From a virus (taxonomy: Duplodnaviria > Caudoviricetes), in the IMG/VR virus record IMGVR_UViG_3300025621_000020, positions 1 through 39,976 of that record: a stretch of 39,976 nucleotides of DNA. One strand, given 5' to 3'. A program made the translations under genes and the position numbers. Shown here in pieces: positions 24,582 through 34,800 of the stretch (the first letter of the stretch is position 1; each line of letters opens with the position of its first letter). A model generated the notes under the pieces. That model had not been told where the DNA came from, did not search any database, and worked only from the letters and a program-made list of their open reading frames with translations.

Positions 24582-26408
24582 ATGCTGGACCCGGCGGCCG
24601 CACGCAACACGTTCGCCGACGATCTCGTTGCCGAATACCAACGCCTCGAACTGATCCTCCTCGAACTCATCGCAGACAAGATCGCCCGCGGCCTGGATGC
24701 ACCGGATTGGGCTGCACGTCAGGTCATGGAACTGCAACGCTTCCGCAAAGAAGCCGGGATCATTGCAGCGAAAATGGCAGGAAAGTCACCCGAGCTGATC
24801 GCATCCGCTATCCAACGCGCCGTCACCGATGGGTTCCTCGCAGCCTCACAGGACATCGCCGTCGCGGAAGGGATCAGTGCTGGGCAGGTTGTTGCGAACG
24901 CTGGCACTGTTCCTGCGATCGACGGTGCCGCCGTCGCAGCCCTGTTGGCCGAAACTACCGGTGCACTCACAGCAGTGGATCAGGGTGTCCTCCGCGCCAC
25001 CGATGACATCTACCGCCGCGTGGTTGCGCGCGGTGCAGCGACCGTCGTGGCTGGCGCTGAGACACGCAAGCAGGCCACCCAACGCGCGCTCACCGAGTTC
25101 ACCCGCAACGGCATCACTGGCTTCCTCGACCGCCGTGGGAAGTCGTGGTCACTCACCGCGTACACGGAGATGGCGATCCGCACGGGCACCACCAAAGCGC
25201 TCATGCAGTCGCACTCCGACCGGTTGACGGAGCGTGGCTACGATCTCGTGATCGTGTCCTCACATCCCCGGCCAGCGCCGCAATGCCAACCGTACGAACG
25301 ACAAATCCTGTCCCTGTCCGGGCGCACACTCGGGGTCATTTCCGAGACGTCCCGCACCACCGGGCGGACCGTGTCGGTAAAGGTGAAAGCGTCACTCGCA
25401 GAGGCGGAATCGAAGGGATTGCACCATCCTGCGTGCCGCCACCGACATTCGCTCTATATTCCTGGCGTCACTGATACGACGCCCACGAAAGCCGACGACG
25501 AAGGGTACGCAGACACTCAAGAGTTGCGCCGTCTCGAACGTGGCGTACGTGAGTGGAAACGCCGCGCAGCAACGTCTCTCGACCCTGCCGAGAAGAAAGC
25601 GGCACAGGCGAAGGTCCGCGAATGGCAAGGGAAAATCAAGACCCACACCGAGATGACGGGTGTCGGCCGTCGCCGTGACCGCGAACAGTTGGACCTCGGC
25701 ATCAAGACACCGACGCTCGATGTGGCACCGAAACTCCCGAAGGTCGTCAAGCCGAAACCCGCACCCAAAGCCGCTGAGATTCCCGTCGATGTGGAGTACA
25801 GCCCAAAACTGTCCGCCCTCGCGAAAGCCGCGGTGGAACGGCAGACCAACGCCATCCCGGCGGCTGCACGCGCATCCATCCAACGCGCAGGCACCAAAGT
25901 CGTCGTCGCCCGGAACACCGGAGAGACCAGCCTCGCCGCCCAGTACGCAGGCCGACTCACCGCCGACGGCCGACCGCTCGAAACCGAATCGTTCTACACG
26001 CCGAACACCAACACCGTGTTCATCAACGCGAACGACATGCAAGGCTCCGTGAACGTCATCGCTCACGAACTCGCCCACTCGATGGACTTGAACCACCTCA
26101 AGGGCCGACCCGCCCGCGTGGAAGTACAGAACCCAGGCGAAGCACCGTACATCCACACCGTCTCCGAACTAGCCGACGACCCGTACCTGATCTGGGCACA
26201 CAAGCAGGTCCGTGACTCGACCGCAGGAAACCCGTACTTCAAGCAGGGTTCGGCTGGGAATCCGCAGTCGGGTCGTCGGGAGTGGATAGCCGAATCGTAT
26301 GCGGCAGTCGTCGAAGGCCGTGACGATGTCCTCCGCACCGTCTCCGGTGGCAGTGTGGAAGCAGCCGACATCATCCGGTGGTCGTTCGGCAGATTGGGAG
26401 TCCTGTAA
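24582..26408 (+). CDS. MuF-like minor capsid protein fused to a lethal-factor-like Zn metallopeptidase
   Basis: N-terminal minor-capsid motifs (W.L.AY.EMA.RT, VSSH, C.PYE, GLHHPACRH, QELRRLERGVREWKRR); C-terminal GSVNVIAHELAH...EWIAESYA. Confidence 0.85.
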   Translation: MLDPAAARNTFADDLVAEYQRLELILLELIADKIARGLDAPDWAARQVMELQRFRKEAGIIAAKMAGKSPELIASAIQRAVTDGFLAASQDIAVAEGISAGQVVANAGTVPAIDGAAVAALLAETTGALTAVDQGVLRATDDIYRRVVARGAATVVAGAETRKQATQRALTEFTRNGITGFLDRRGKSWSLTAYTEMAIRTGTTKALMQSHSDRLTERGYDLVIVSSHPRPAPQCQPYERQILSLSGRTLGVISETSRTTGRTVSVKVKASLAEAESKGLHHPACRHRHSLYIPGVTDTTPTKADDEGYADTQELRRLERGVREWKRRAATSLDPAEKKAAQAKVREWQGKIKTHTEMTGVGRRRDREQLDLGIKTPTLDVAPKLPKVVKPKPAPKAAEIPVDVEYSPKLSALAKAAVERQTNAIPAAARASIQRAGTKVVVARNTGETSLAAQYAGRLTADGRPLETESFYTPNTNTVFINANDMQGSVNVIAHELAHSMDLNHLKGRPARVEVQNPGEAPYIHTVSELADDPYLIWAHKQVRDSTAGNPYFKQGSAGNPQSGRREWIAESYAAVVEGRDDVLRTVSGGSVEAADIIRWSFGRLGVL

Positions 26409-26651
26409 ATGCTCGCGCCTGTCCTGTTTCTCGGTGGTAATCGGTGGCTCACTGTCGACGGCAAGGTCGTCGCAGGCAATCCACCGATGCCCGAAGAGCT
26501 GGAAGCGCTCAAGAGCATGGACCCCGACTTCGACACGGAGACAGCCGGCGCACCCGGTGACCCCGTCCGATTGACCGACGCGAACCGCGCCGAGTGGGAA
26601 GCCGCCGCAGCAATCGGCGGACACACCCTGGACCGCCTGTCCATCATCTGA
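26409..26651 (+). CDS. Small protein downstream of the MuF-protease; candidate immunity protein
   Basis: ATG directly follows the MuF TAA; 80 aa, acidic; role inferred from position. Confidence 0.6.
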   Translation: MLAPVLFLGGNRWLTVDGKVVAGNPPMPEELEALKSMDPDFDTETAGAPGDPVRLTDANRAEWEAAAAIGGHTLDRLSII

Positions 26652-26772
26652 CTTCCGTGCCCGCATGGGCCGGTTGATTCACCCGCTACACCCCACAGCT
26701 CCGCGCCCGCATGGGTTCGGGGCCAATCGGCGTCGGCGCGATGCCACGCCCCAACAACAGGAGAAAGCCGCG

Positions 26773-27276
26773 ATGGCCGACACCGAAAGCACCACCGAAG
26801 CAACAACCGAGAACACCGAAGCCACCGGAACGAACACGGAAGCTGCGACAGCTACCGAGTCAACCGACGAACTCGGCACCAACGGCGTCGAAACGCTCCG
26901 CAAGGAACGCGAGGCACGCAAAGCCGTCGAACGTGAACTCGCAAAAATCAAGAAGTCTCAGATGTCCGAGACCGAAAAGACTGCGACCGAACGCGACGAA
27001 GCGCGCCAGGAAGCGGAATCCGCCCGCGCGGAGAACGCTCGCCTGCGGGCAGCAGTGAAGTACAAGAACCTCACCGAGGACGACATCGAAACATTCCTCG
27101 GCGGAGTACCGGCCGACAAGGTCGACGCCGCAGCGAAAGCACTCTCCGAGCGCATCGCCAAAGCAACCCCAGACGCATCCGGAGCCGAACTCGGCAGCGG
27201 AGGCAGCACGAAAACCGAACTCGACCCTCGCAAAATCGCAGAGGCAGCCGCCAAGCGCGGAGGGTCCACCTTCTAA
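26773..27276 (+). CDS. Capsid scaffolding protein
   Basis: Thr/Glu-rich N-terminus, LRKEREARKAVE coiled coil; immediately upstream of the major capsid gene; AGGAGA RBS. Confidence 0.85.
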   Translation: MADTESTTEATTENTEATGTNTEAATATESTDELGTNGVETLRKEREARKAVERELAKIKKSQMSETEKTATERDEARQEAESARAENARLRAAVKYKNLTEDDIETFLGGVPADKVDAAAKALSERIAKATPDASGAELGSGGSTKTELDPRKIAEAAAKRGGSTF

Positions 27277-27291
27277 CCAGGAGAACCCGCT

Positions 27292-28218
27292 ATGGCAAAC
27301 ACCATCCTCAAGGCCAACCAGATCGTGGCCTCCGGGCTCGGCGTCCTCGAACGAGAGATCGTCCTACCCAGGCTCGTCGCCTCCGACGCGAACGTCTACT
27401 TCTCGCAGCGTTCACCGTCCAACGACACAGTCTCCCTGCGCATCCCCGGACGCACCGTCGCCCGCGACTACGCATGGCGCAACAACCGCGCAACCCCGAT
27501 CGTCGTCGACGACCTCACCGAGTTCAAGATCGACGTGAAGCTCGACACGCACATCTACAACGCGATCGAGCTGACCGACGAAGAACTCACCCTGGACATC
27601 GAGGACTGGACCAACCAGGTATCCCTCCCGCAGGCACGGTCGATCGCGGAACGCCTCGAAGAGAAGATCGCGGACAAGATCTCCGGTGAGACGTACCCCG
27701 GTGGTGTCATCGAGATCGGCACCGCATTCCACACCGCAGCGGTGGAGGCCCGTCGCCGTCTGAACGTCGCGCACGTCCCGCAGGCAGGCCGCATCATGCT
27801 CGTCGGCACCAGCGTGGAGGCGGGCATCCTGAACGACGACCAGTTCAAGAAGTACGACCAGTCCGGCGACAACAGTGCACTGCGTGAGGCCACCATCGGC
27901 CGCGTCGCAGGGTTCACCGTCGTCGTGTCGAACAGCATCGCCCCGGACGAGGCGTTCGCCTACCATCCGTCCGCGTTCCAGGCTGTCTACCGTGCACCCC
28001 AGGTGCCGGCTGGTGTCGCGTTCGGTCAGGCGCAGTCGTACGCCGGTCTCGCAATGCGCTGGATCAGGGACTACGACGCAGCGTTCCTGCGGGATCGTTC
28101 GGTTTTCTCGACGTTCTTCGGTATCTCGACGGTGAAGGACCCCGACGATTACACCGATTCGGCGTCGACCGTGTCGTTGCAGCGTGCGGTGAAGATGGCC
28201 CTGGATGTGACGCCGTGA
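27292..28218 (+). CDS. Major capsid protein (P22 coat-like actinophage family)
   Basis: MANTILK, LEREIVLP.LV, LTDEELTLDI, ARRRLN.AHVP..GR, LREATIGR.AGF, LAMRWIRDYD. Confidence 0.92.
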   Translation: MANTILKANQIVASGLGVLEREIVLPRLVASDANVYFSQRSPSNDTVSLRIPGRTVARDYAWRNNRATPIVVDDLTEFKIDVKLDTHIYNAIELTDEELTLDIEDWTNQVSLPQARSIAERLEEKIADKISGETYPGGVIEIGTAFHTAAVEARRRLNVAHVPQAGRIMLVGTSVEAGILNDDQFKKYDQSGDNSALREATIGRVAGFTVVVSNSIAPDEAFAYHPSAFQAVYRAPQVPAGVAFGQAQSYAGLAMRWIRDYDAAFLRDRSVFSTFFGISTVKDPDDYTDSASTVSLQRAVKMALDVTP

Positions 28219-28394
28219 TCGAGGTTCCGAAGTTCGTGAAGGGTGAGCCTGGCTTCACCGCGAAGCTGAATGCGTTGGCGGATGCTGTCCGCGAGTTGCA
28301 GGCAGCGGAGGAGAAGCCGAAGCGTGCACCGCGCGCGAAGGCTACCGAGTCGAAGGCGTCGGACCCTGATGCTGTCGGCGGCCTGTCCGAGTAG
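28215..28394 (+). CDS. Small hypothetical protein (59 aa, ...KLNALADAVRELQ...)
   Basis: GTGA overlap with the capsid stop; followed by a hairpin. Confidence 0.6.
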   Translation: MIEVPKFVKGEPGFTAKLNALADAVRELQAAEEKPKRAPRAKATESKASDPDAVGGLSE

Positions 28395-28409
28395 TTACAC
28401 CCCCGGTTC

Positions 28410-28449
28410 GTCGAACGCCCCCGCTGTCTATCGCACGGGGGCGTTCGGC
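28410..28449 (+). terminator. Stem-loop after the capsid genes
   Basis: GTCGAACGCCCCCG...CGGGGGCGTTCGGC inverted repeat. Confidence 0.65.
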
Positions 28450-28482
28450 ATTCCACCCACACAATTTTGAGAGGGGCGACGG

Positions 28483-28896
28483 ATGCTGGTCTACGCCACC
28501 ACTGCACAGTACGAAGCGTTGACCGGTGACACACCCCCCGACAACTTCTCCACGTTGAACCGGTACGCGGCTGGGTTGGTGCGTGAGGCAACGTTGTGTG
28601 ACCGGTGGGTGACACTGCCCTCGGGTCTCCCCGAGGATGACGACCTGCGTGAAGCCTTGTCGGATGCTGCGTGTGAGCAGATCGCGTCGTGGGATGCCGC
28701 GGGGATTGATCCGCAGAAGGGTGCGGGCGGGCAGGACGCCCGGTTGACGACGACGGGTGTCGACGGCGCGAACCTGTCGTATGACACGTATCTGACGGCC
28801 CCGGATCGGGCGAAGGCAATCAACACTCTGTGTGATGCAGCGTTGTCGCATCTTCGTAATGCGGGGTTGGGTTCGACGGTGGTGGCTGGCAGATGA
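28483..28896 (+). CDS. Head-to-tail adaptor
   Basis: MLVYAT, AACEQ..W, L...AL..L.NAGL pattern; synteny. Confidence 0.75.
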   Translation: MLVYATTAQYEALTGDTPPDNFSTLNRYAAGLVREATLCDRWVTLPSGLPEDDDLREALSDAACEQIASWDAAGIDPQKGAGGQDARLTTTGVDGANLSYDTYLTAPDRAKAINTLCDAALSHLRNAGLGSTVVAGR

Positions 28897-29228
28897 CCGC
28901 CGCCGACCTACTTGCGAACACGTGGTTCATTCACCCGATCATCGTGGAGCGGAAGACGGGGGATGGTCCTCGCGGCCCTGCTTACGCCGCACCCACAACC
29001 GAATACGCGCGTGTCAGTGCGCAGAACCGGTTGGTTCTCAATGGTTCCGGGCAGCAGGTTGTGTCCGCGAACCGAGCGTCCATGCATGAGGGCACCCCGC
29101 AAATTCCGATCGGGTCGAAGGTGACATTGCCTGCATTGTTCGGGTCGAAGACAGCGAAGGTCATCACCGAATCCAGGCATGACGCCGGCCCGTTGACTCC
29201 GAACTTCTACAGCGTGGACCTCGGATGA
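28893..29228 (+). CDS. Head-to-tail stopper
   Basis: G..GP.Y, RLV....G.QVVS, IP.GSKVTL; synteny. Confidence 0.75.
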   Translation: MTAADLLANTWFIHPIIVERKTGDGPRGPAYAAPTTEYARVSAQNRLVLNGSGQQVVSANRASMHEGTPQIPIGSKVTLPALFGSKTAKVITESRHDAGPLTPNFYSVDLG

Positions 29229-29557
29229 GTATTCAGTGGAACACCCGCGCTGCGGATGCGATCACCGAAGCCGCCCAAACCGGGATCTACGAGGCCGCCG
29301 AAGCACTCCTTGATCAGGCGATCGAGAAGACACCAGTCCAGGACGGCATCCTCCGGGCATCCGGGCGCGCTACGCAGGAAGGCAACGTCTCAGCGGTGTC
29401 ATTCAACACCCCGTACGCCGTCCGACAGCACGAAGAACTCGGCTACCAACACCCCAACGGGGGCCAAGCGAAATATCTGGAAGTCCCTGCGAATAGCTTT
29501 GGCGAAACGATGGAATCAATTGTGGCGCAGGCCATCGTCCGGGACACCGGCCTATGA
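29225..29557 (+). CDS. HK97 gp10-like neck protein
   Basis: TPVQDGILRASG, FNTPYAVRQHE, GQAKYLE. Confidence 0.8.
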   Translation: MSIQWNTRAADAITEAAQTGIYEAAEALLDQAIEKTPVQDGILRASGRATQEGNVSAVSFNTPYAVRQHEELGYQHPNGGQAKYLEVPANSFGETMESIVAQAIVRDTGL

Positions 29558-29991
29558 CCGCCGTGCAGGTTGTCCCCACCCTCCTCGCGATCGGCGAATG
29601 GCTCGCGGATGAAGGACTCGCACGCTACGACGGGCACGGGGCAGGTCCAACCGTCATGTACGGCAAAGGCTTCGACACCCCCGGCTATGCGGTCATCCTC
29701 AACCTCTACGACGACGTCCGCATCGAAGACGCCTGGAACCCCGACTACTTCATCCAATTCCGCTACCGCCTCGACGTCGACAACGAAGACTCCCTCGCGG
29801 TCCACGAAGTCGCTGACCGCTTCTACCAGCGCCTCGACTTCAAACACTCCCACCAACTGTCCCGGCTGATTCTGCCGGGTGGTGTCACCGTCCAGTGGGC
29901 GGAACGCCGCATCACCACCGATGCCACGCCAGACGATGCGGGCCGGTGGACAAGGGCCGACTCCTATCGGCTGACCCTCAACCCGTCCTAG
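29554..29991 (+). CDS. Tail terminator
   Basis: IQFRYR...DDAGRWTRADSY; directly upstream of the major tail gene. Confidence 0.75.
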   Translation: MTAVQVVPTLLAIGEWLADEGLARYDGHGAGPTVMYGKGFDTPGYAVILNLYDDVRIEDAWNPDYFIQFRYRLDVDNEDSLAVHEVADRFYQRLDFKHSHQLSRLILPGGVTVQWAERRITTDATPDDAGRWTRADSYRLTLNPS

Positions 29992-30002
29992 GAGGACACC
30001 CA

Positions 30003-30836
30003 ATGGCCGTCAAGCAGCCCCCCAATCCCGCGTCACTGTCCACCGCCGCAGCCGGCAAGTACGGCGTACAGATCAACCGCCTCGACCTCGGCGGCACCCG
30101 ACAGGCCCCCGTGTGGCAGTTCATCAACGGCATCATGTCGTTCGAGCCGTCACCGCAGCCGAAGTTGGAGGACGACTCCGACATCTACGCCGACGCCTGG
30201 CAGTCACAGGCCGTCGTCGGAAACGCCCTCAACATCGCAATCTCCGGCGTGTACAAGGGCACCAACGATCCTTCGTTCGTCCCCGATCCCGGCCTCGGCT
30301 ACCTCCTCGCACGCTCCTACGAGACGGCATCCGCCAACGAGGTCCACATCAAGTGGTGGCGCTACGACGAGATCGACGAGTCGTTCGAGCATTTCTTCGC
30401 GACGGACTGCAAGAAGACCGGCGGTAAGCCGTCGGAGTTGCAGAAGTGGTCGGGCACCCTGACGGGTCGCGGGAAGCCGACGAAGGTCGAGAAGCCCGCC
30501 GATGCCGCGGTCAACGAGGTGCAGCGTCTCGCGTTCATCGGTTCGCCGACGGCGTTGACGTTCAAGCTCGCAGCCCTCGGCTCCGAGACCGCAGCGTTGG
30601 ACTACACGACGATCACCGCCGCGTCGTTGCAGACCGCTCTCACCGGCCTCGCGCACATCGGCACTGGCAACGCTGTCGTCACCGGCGACAAGACCGCCGG
30701 ATTCGCGATCACCTACCAGGGTGCCCGCGCAGGCGTGAACATGCCTGTACTCGTCCCCACCGGCATCACCGGTGCGACCCCGAGCAATGCGGCACCGGTC
30801 GTGTCCACCCTGGTCGAAGGCCAGGCAGCCGCATAG
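30003..30836 (+). CDS. Major tail protein with C-terminal accessory domain
   Basis: AGGAGG RBS; EDDSD.Y...WQSQ, DPG...L, LTGRGKP tube domain; NEVQ...TAAL.Y....A.LQTAL..L extension. Confidence 0.88.
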   Translation: MAVKQPPNPASLSTAAAGKYGVQINRLDLGGTRQAPVWQFINGIMSFEPSPQPKLEDDSDIYADAWQSQAVVGNALNIAISGVYKGTNDPSFVPDPGLGYLLARSYETASANEVHIKWWRYDEIDESFEHFFATDCKKTGGKPSELQKWSGTLTGRGKPTKVEKPADAAVNEVQRLAFIGSPTALTFKLAALGSETAALDYTTITAASLQTALTGLAHIGTGNAVVTGDKTAGFAITYQGARAGVNMPVLVPTGITGATPSNAAPVVSTLVEGQAAA

Positions 30837-30839
30837 CGA

Positions 30840-31211
30840 ATGTTTGCTGACCTCGACGAGGTATTGGACGGTGGCCTCCCCATCCGCGCGGGAGGCCACC
30901 GCTACCTCATCCCCGAACCGACCGTCGCCGAAGGACTCGCCCTGGTGCGTGCGTTCGTCGAGTCCGATGGGCATTTCGACGACGCCACCGAACAGCATCA
31001 CATCAATGTCCTGTTGAAGGGTGTGCGGGATCAGATGTCTGCGGATGGTGTCGGCAACTCGAAGACCCTGATGGCGGGGAAGTACGCGCTCATCTATTAC
31101 CTGATCGGCCCTGGTACCGCCCGTGACTATGTCCTCAAGCATGGGGTGGTGGAGGCGGGAAAACGACTGGCCCCGAAGCCGAAGAGGGTTCGGGGACTAC
31201 GCAAGAACTGA
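30840..31211 (+). CDS. Tail assembly chaperone (gpG-like)
   Basis: Follows the major tail gene; slippery G GGA AAA at 31157-31163. Confidence 0.85.
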   Translation: MFADLDEVLDGGLPIRAGGHRYLIPEPTVAEGLALVRAFVESDGHFDDATEQHHINVLLKGVRDQMSADGVGNSKTLMAGKYALIYYLIGPGTARDYVLKHGVVEAGKRLAPKPKRVRGLRKN

Positions 31212-31534
31212 TCGACCTGTCGTCACCCGGTGTCCTCGGTGACGACGACCCCGGTGGCGGCCCGATCGTGTCGTGGGACCCGCCGATGCGGCGCTGGTAC
31301 AACCCCGAGCACATGGCTCCCCGCTACAAGCCCGCCGAAATGAACTTGGAGTGGGACCGGATCTTCGACTCCTGGATCGTCGTCGAACTCGACTTCCACG
31401 CCATCTGGGGCATCGACCTCGAACCGCTACTCCACGTGCGGTCCTTCCGGTGGTTCCGACTCCGGTTGATCGGCCTCCTCGGGCACCCCCACTCGAAACT
31501 CAAAGCACTACTCACGCAGGAGGTTCCCGACTAA
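30840..31534 (+). CDS. Tail assembly chaperone -1 frameshift product (gpGT-like)
   Basis: The -1 frame is open from the slippery site to TAA 31534 and encodes W..I..SW..VELDF...WGIDL...F.WF..RL.GLL....S.L. Confidence 0.85.
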
Positions 31535-31896
31535 TGGCTGACTTCGCGGACCTCGACGACATGAACTTCGATCTCCTCCTCCCGTGGCGTGGCCGCGAGT
31601 GGCTGGTTGCGGAGCCGACCGCGAAGGAGTCCGAACGCCTCCGCACACTCGTCTTCACCGATGCGATGAACGGCACCGCCGAGGTCTACGAATACCGCAA
31701 GCTGTTGGGGCAGACGTGGAATGACTTGATCGACGCCGGTATCGGCTGGTCACAATTGATGCATTTCTCTCGTGCCGCGATGATCTGGTTCACGACCACA
31801 CCGGAAGCCGCACAGCATTATTGGCATCTGGGGAAGCTCGTCACTCTCGTCGACTTGGACATGCTCGACACCCTCGTTGAGAAGGTGTCTGCCTGA
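31534..31896 (+). CDS. Second tail assembly chaperone paralog
   Basis: Own RBS AGGAGG; aligns by eye to 30840-31211 (FADLD, EPT..E...L, LL....D...G.G, A.I.....P..A..Y). Confidence 0.7.
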   Translation: MADFADLDDMNFDLLLPWRGREWLVAEPTAKESERLRTLVFTDAMNGTAEVYEYRKLLGQTWNDLIDAGIGWSQLMHFSRAAMIWFTTTPEAAQHYWHLGKLVTLVDLDMLDTLVEKVSA

Positions 31897-34800
31897 TGGC
31901 TCTTGATCTCGGTGAACTGTCCGTCCGCCTTACGGCTGAGGACCAGCTGACGAACGCGCTCAATGGGGCGCAGCAGTCCGCGCGCCGCACCGAGCAGGTC
32001 ACATCCCAGGCAGCGACGGGCATCACGTCGGCTACAGCTCGGATGGCACAGGGCTACCAGCAGTTGCAGCGCGAAGCACAGACCTACGCGACAGCATCCG
32101 AGCGTGCGAACTCCCGCGCCGAGACCGCCATCGAGCAGGCCCGCCAAGCCCAGGAACGTTTGGACGCGGCACAGCGCGACTCCCGCACGAGCGCATCACA
32201 GTTGGAGGCCGCGCAACGCGACGTCGCCACAGCAACCGCCCAAGCCGAACGTGAAACCCGCAACGCCGAGCAGGCCACCGACCGCATGGAAGCCGCGCAT
32301 CGCCGTGCCGCCCGCGCCGCCGAACAAGGCGGACGTGACGCTGTCGACGCCCTCGAACGCACACAACGCGAACTCCGCGCCACCGCACAGCAAGCCGAAC
32401 GATCCGGCGAAGAAGCGGGGTCCGGGTTCGCTGACCGCTTCACGTCCGGTATCGAAGGCATGGGCGGGGCAGCGGAAGGCGCAGGCGGATCAGCAGGCGG
32501 TTCCTTCATCGCCGGATTCGCACCCCGCATCGCATCGCTCGGCGCGAAAGGCGGCCCCATCGGAGCCGCCCTCGCAGGAGTCGCCGTGTTGGGTCTCGCC
32601 GCCGGCGCGATCCTCGCCAACGCCATCGCCGACGGCATGGAACAAGAAGCCAACCAGGATCTCATCCAGGCGAAACTCGGCATCAACGAGGAGACCGCCC
32701 GCCGCATCGGTGAAGCAGCAGGACTCGCCTACACGAACGGCTGGGGCGAATCGGTCGTCGGAAACATGGACACCGCCAAGCGGGCGATCCAGTCGGGTGT
32801 CCTCACCGGTGAGGAAGACACCGGGGCGTTCAAGTCGACGATCGAGAACTTGGACATCATCAGCCAGAAACTCGACGGTGATGTGTCGACGTCGGTGCAG
32901 GCTGTCGGCGCACTGATGACATCCGGGTTGGCGAAGGACGCGCAGCAGGCATTCGACTTGATCGCCCGTGCATCGGACGGCACCGCCAACAAGGGCGAAG
33001 ATCTCCTCGAAGTAGTCCGTGAGTACTCCGCTGGCTGGAAGCAGACTGGGTTCTCCGCTGAATACACGATGGCCCTCATCGGTCAGGCCACCGACAACGG
33101 TGCTGACAGCGCAGACCGCGCCGGTGACGCGATCCGTGAGTTCGGCCGCCGCATCTACGAAGAGGGCGACACGATCAAGGAAACCCTCGACGGGTTGAAC
33201 CTCGACAGTGAAAACTTGTTCGAGGCGTTCAAGCGTGGCGGCCCGGACGCTGAGGCCGCGTTCGATCAGGTCTTCGACGCTATCCGCAAAATCGAGGATC
33301 CCATCGAGCGGGCCAACGCGGCGCAGGCCCTTCTCGGTGACACGGCTGGCGACTTCATCGGCGCGTTCACTCAGTGGGACCCGTCGTCGGCTGTGAAGAA
33401 GTTCGGTGATGTAGAGGGCGCGGCAGCGGATGCCGGGAACACGATGGCCGGGAACACGGCCGCATCGTTCACGTCCGCGTCACGGTCCATCGAAACGTCC
33501 GCCGATGACATCAAACTCGCACTCGCCCAAGCATTCGGCCCCGCACTGACGGATGTCGCGAACTGGGTCACAACCCACAAGCCGGAGATCATCGCATTCT
33601 TCACCGGCCTCGCCGAGGCAGGCCTGAATACGGGTATCGCGATGGCGCAGTTCGCCGCCGACACCCTGCGTGTCCTCGCGAACCTCACCGAAGGTACAGC
33701 GAAGGCGCTCGGTGGGATGGTCGGCGCGATGGGCAACCTCGTCAGCGTGTCGAGCAGTGTCGCGCGCGCCCTCGGGATGGATGGTGTCGCGGACAAACTC
33801 GAAGGCGCATCCGACGCAATGATCGGGTTCCAGGATGGGTTGGAATCTGGCGCGGATTCGATGCGTGGGATGGCCGACAATATCGACGGCGCAATCCCCA
33901 GCCTGGAGAACCTACGCGATGGCGTCGTCGAAGCGGGTGATCGGGCGGAAACCTCGGCACGGTTAATGCAGGCACTCGGTACCGCTGTCGTCGAAGACAT
34001 CCCGGATGAGAAGTCCATCGTCATCGACTCGAATACGCCGGAGCAGCAAGCCGCGTTGGAAGCCCTCGGGTTGAAGGTGGAACGGCTGCCGGATGGCACG
34101 TTCAAGGTCACCTCGAACACCGATGAGGGTCAGGCTGCGATCGACGCGTTCATCGGCAACAACACCGGCAAGTCCGTCGACATGTTCGTAGATCTGCGGC
34201 AGCGTCAGATCGGGTATTGGCAGTCGCAGGGTGTGTCGGAGGCGGATGCGCCGTTGATGCAGGGGCCGACGCCGGTATTGAATGCGGCTGGTGGGGCACC
34301 GGCAGCACCGGGCACTTTGGGTGGCGGTGGCGGTGGTTTCGCTGACGGCAAACTCCCGAGTGAAGCTCTCATCAAGTCTGCTGGCGGTAAGGGTCTCGTG
34401 CAGTGGGCGGAGGACGGTGCTGGCCCGTGGGAGGCGTTCATTCCTGGGGCTGAGTCGAAGCGTCCCCGCGCCGTCGGCATCCTCCGGGATGTCGCTGACC
34501 GCTTCGGGTACGGGCTCGTACAGATGGCCGACGGCGGCATCGTATCCGGTCTCAGCAACCTCGCATCCGAGAACTTCCCCGCCCTGACGATGACATCCGG
34601 CTACCGCGCAGGCGACCCAGGACACCACGGTTCAGGGCAGGCCGCCGACTTCTCCAACGGCTCCGACAACACTCCCGAGCAGTTGGCATTCGCCAACTTC
34701 ATGGTCGACAACTACAAGCCGAAGCTCCTCGAACTGATCTACTCGGCCCCAGGTTTCGACAAGAATGTGAAGAACGGGTCGATAGTCGACGGCAGCTTTT

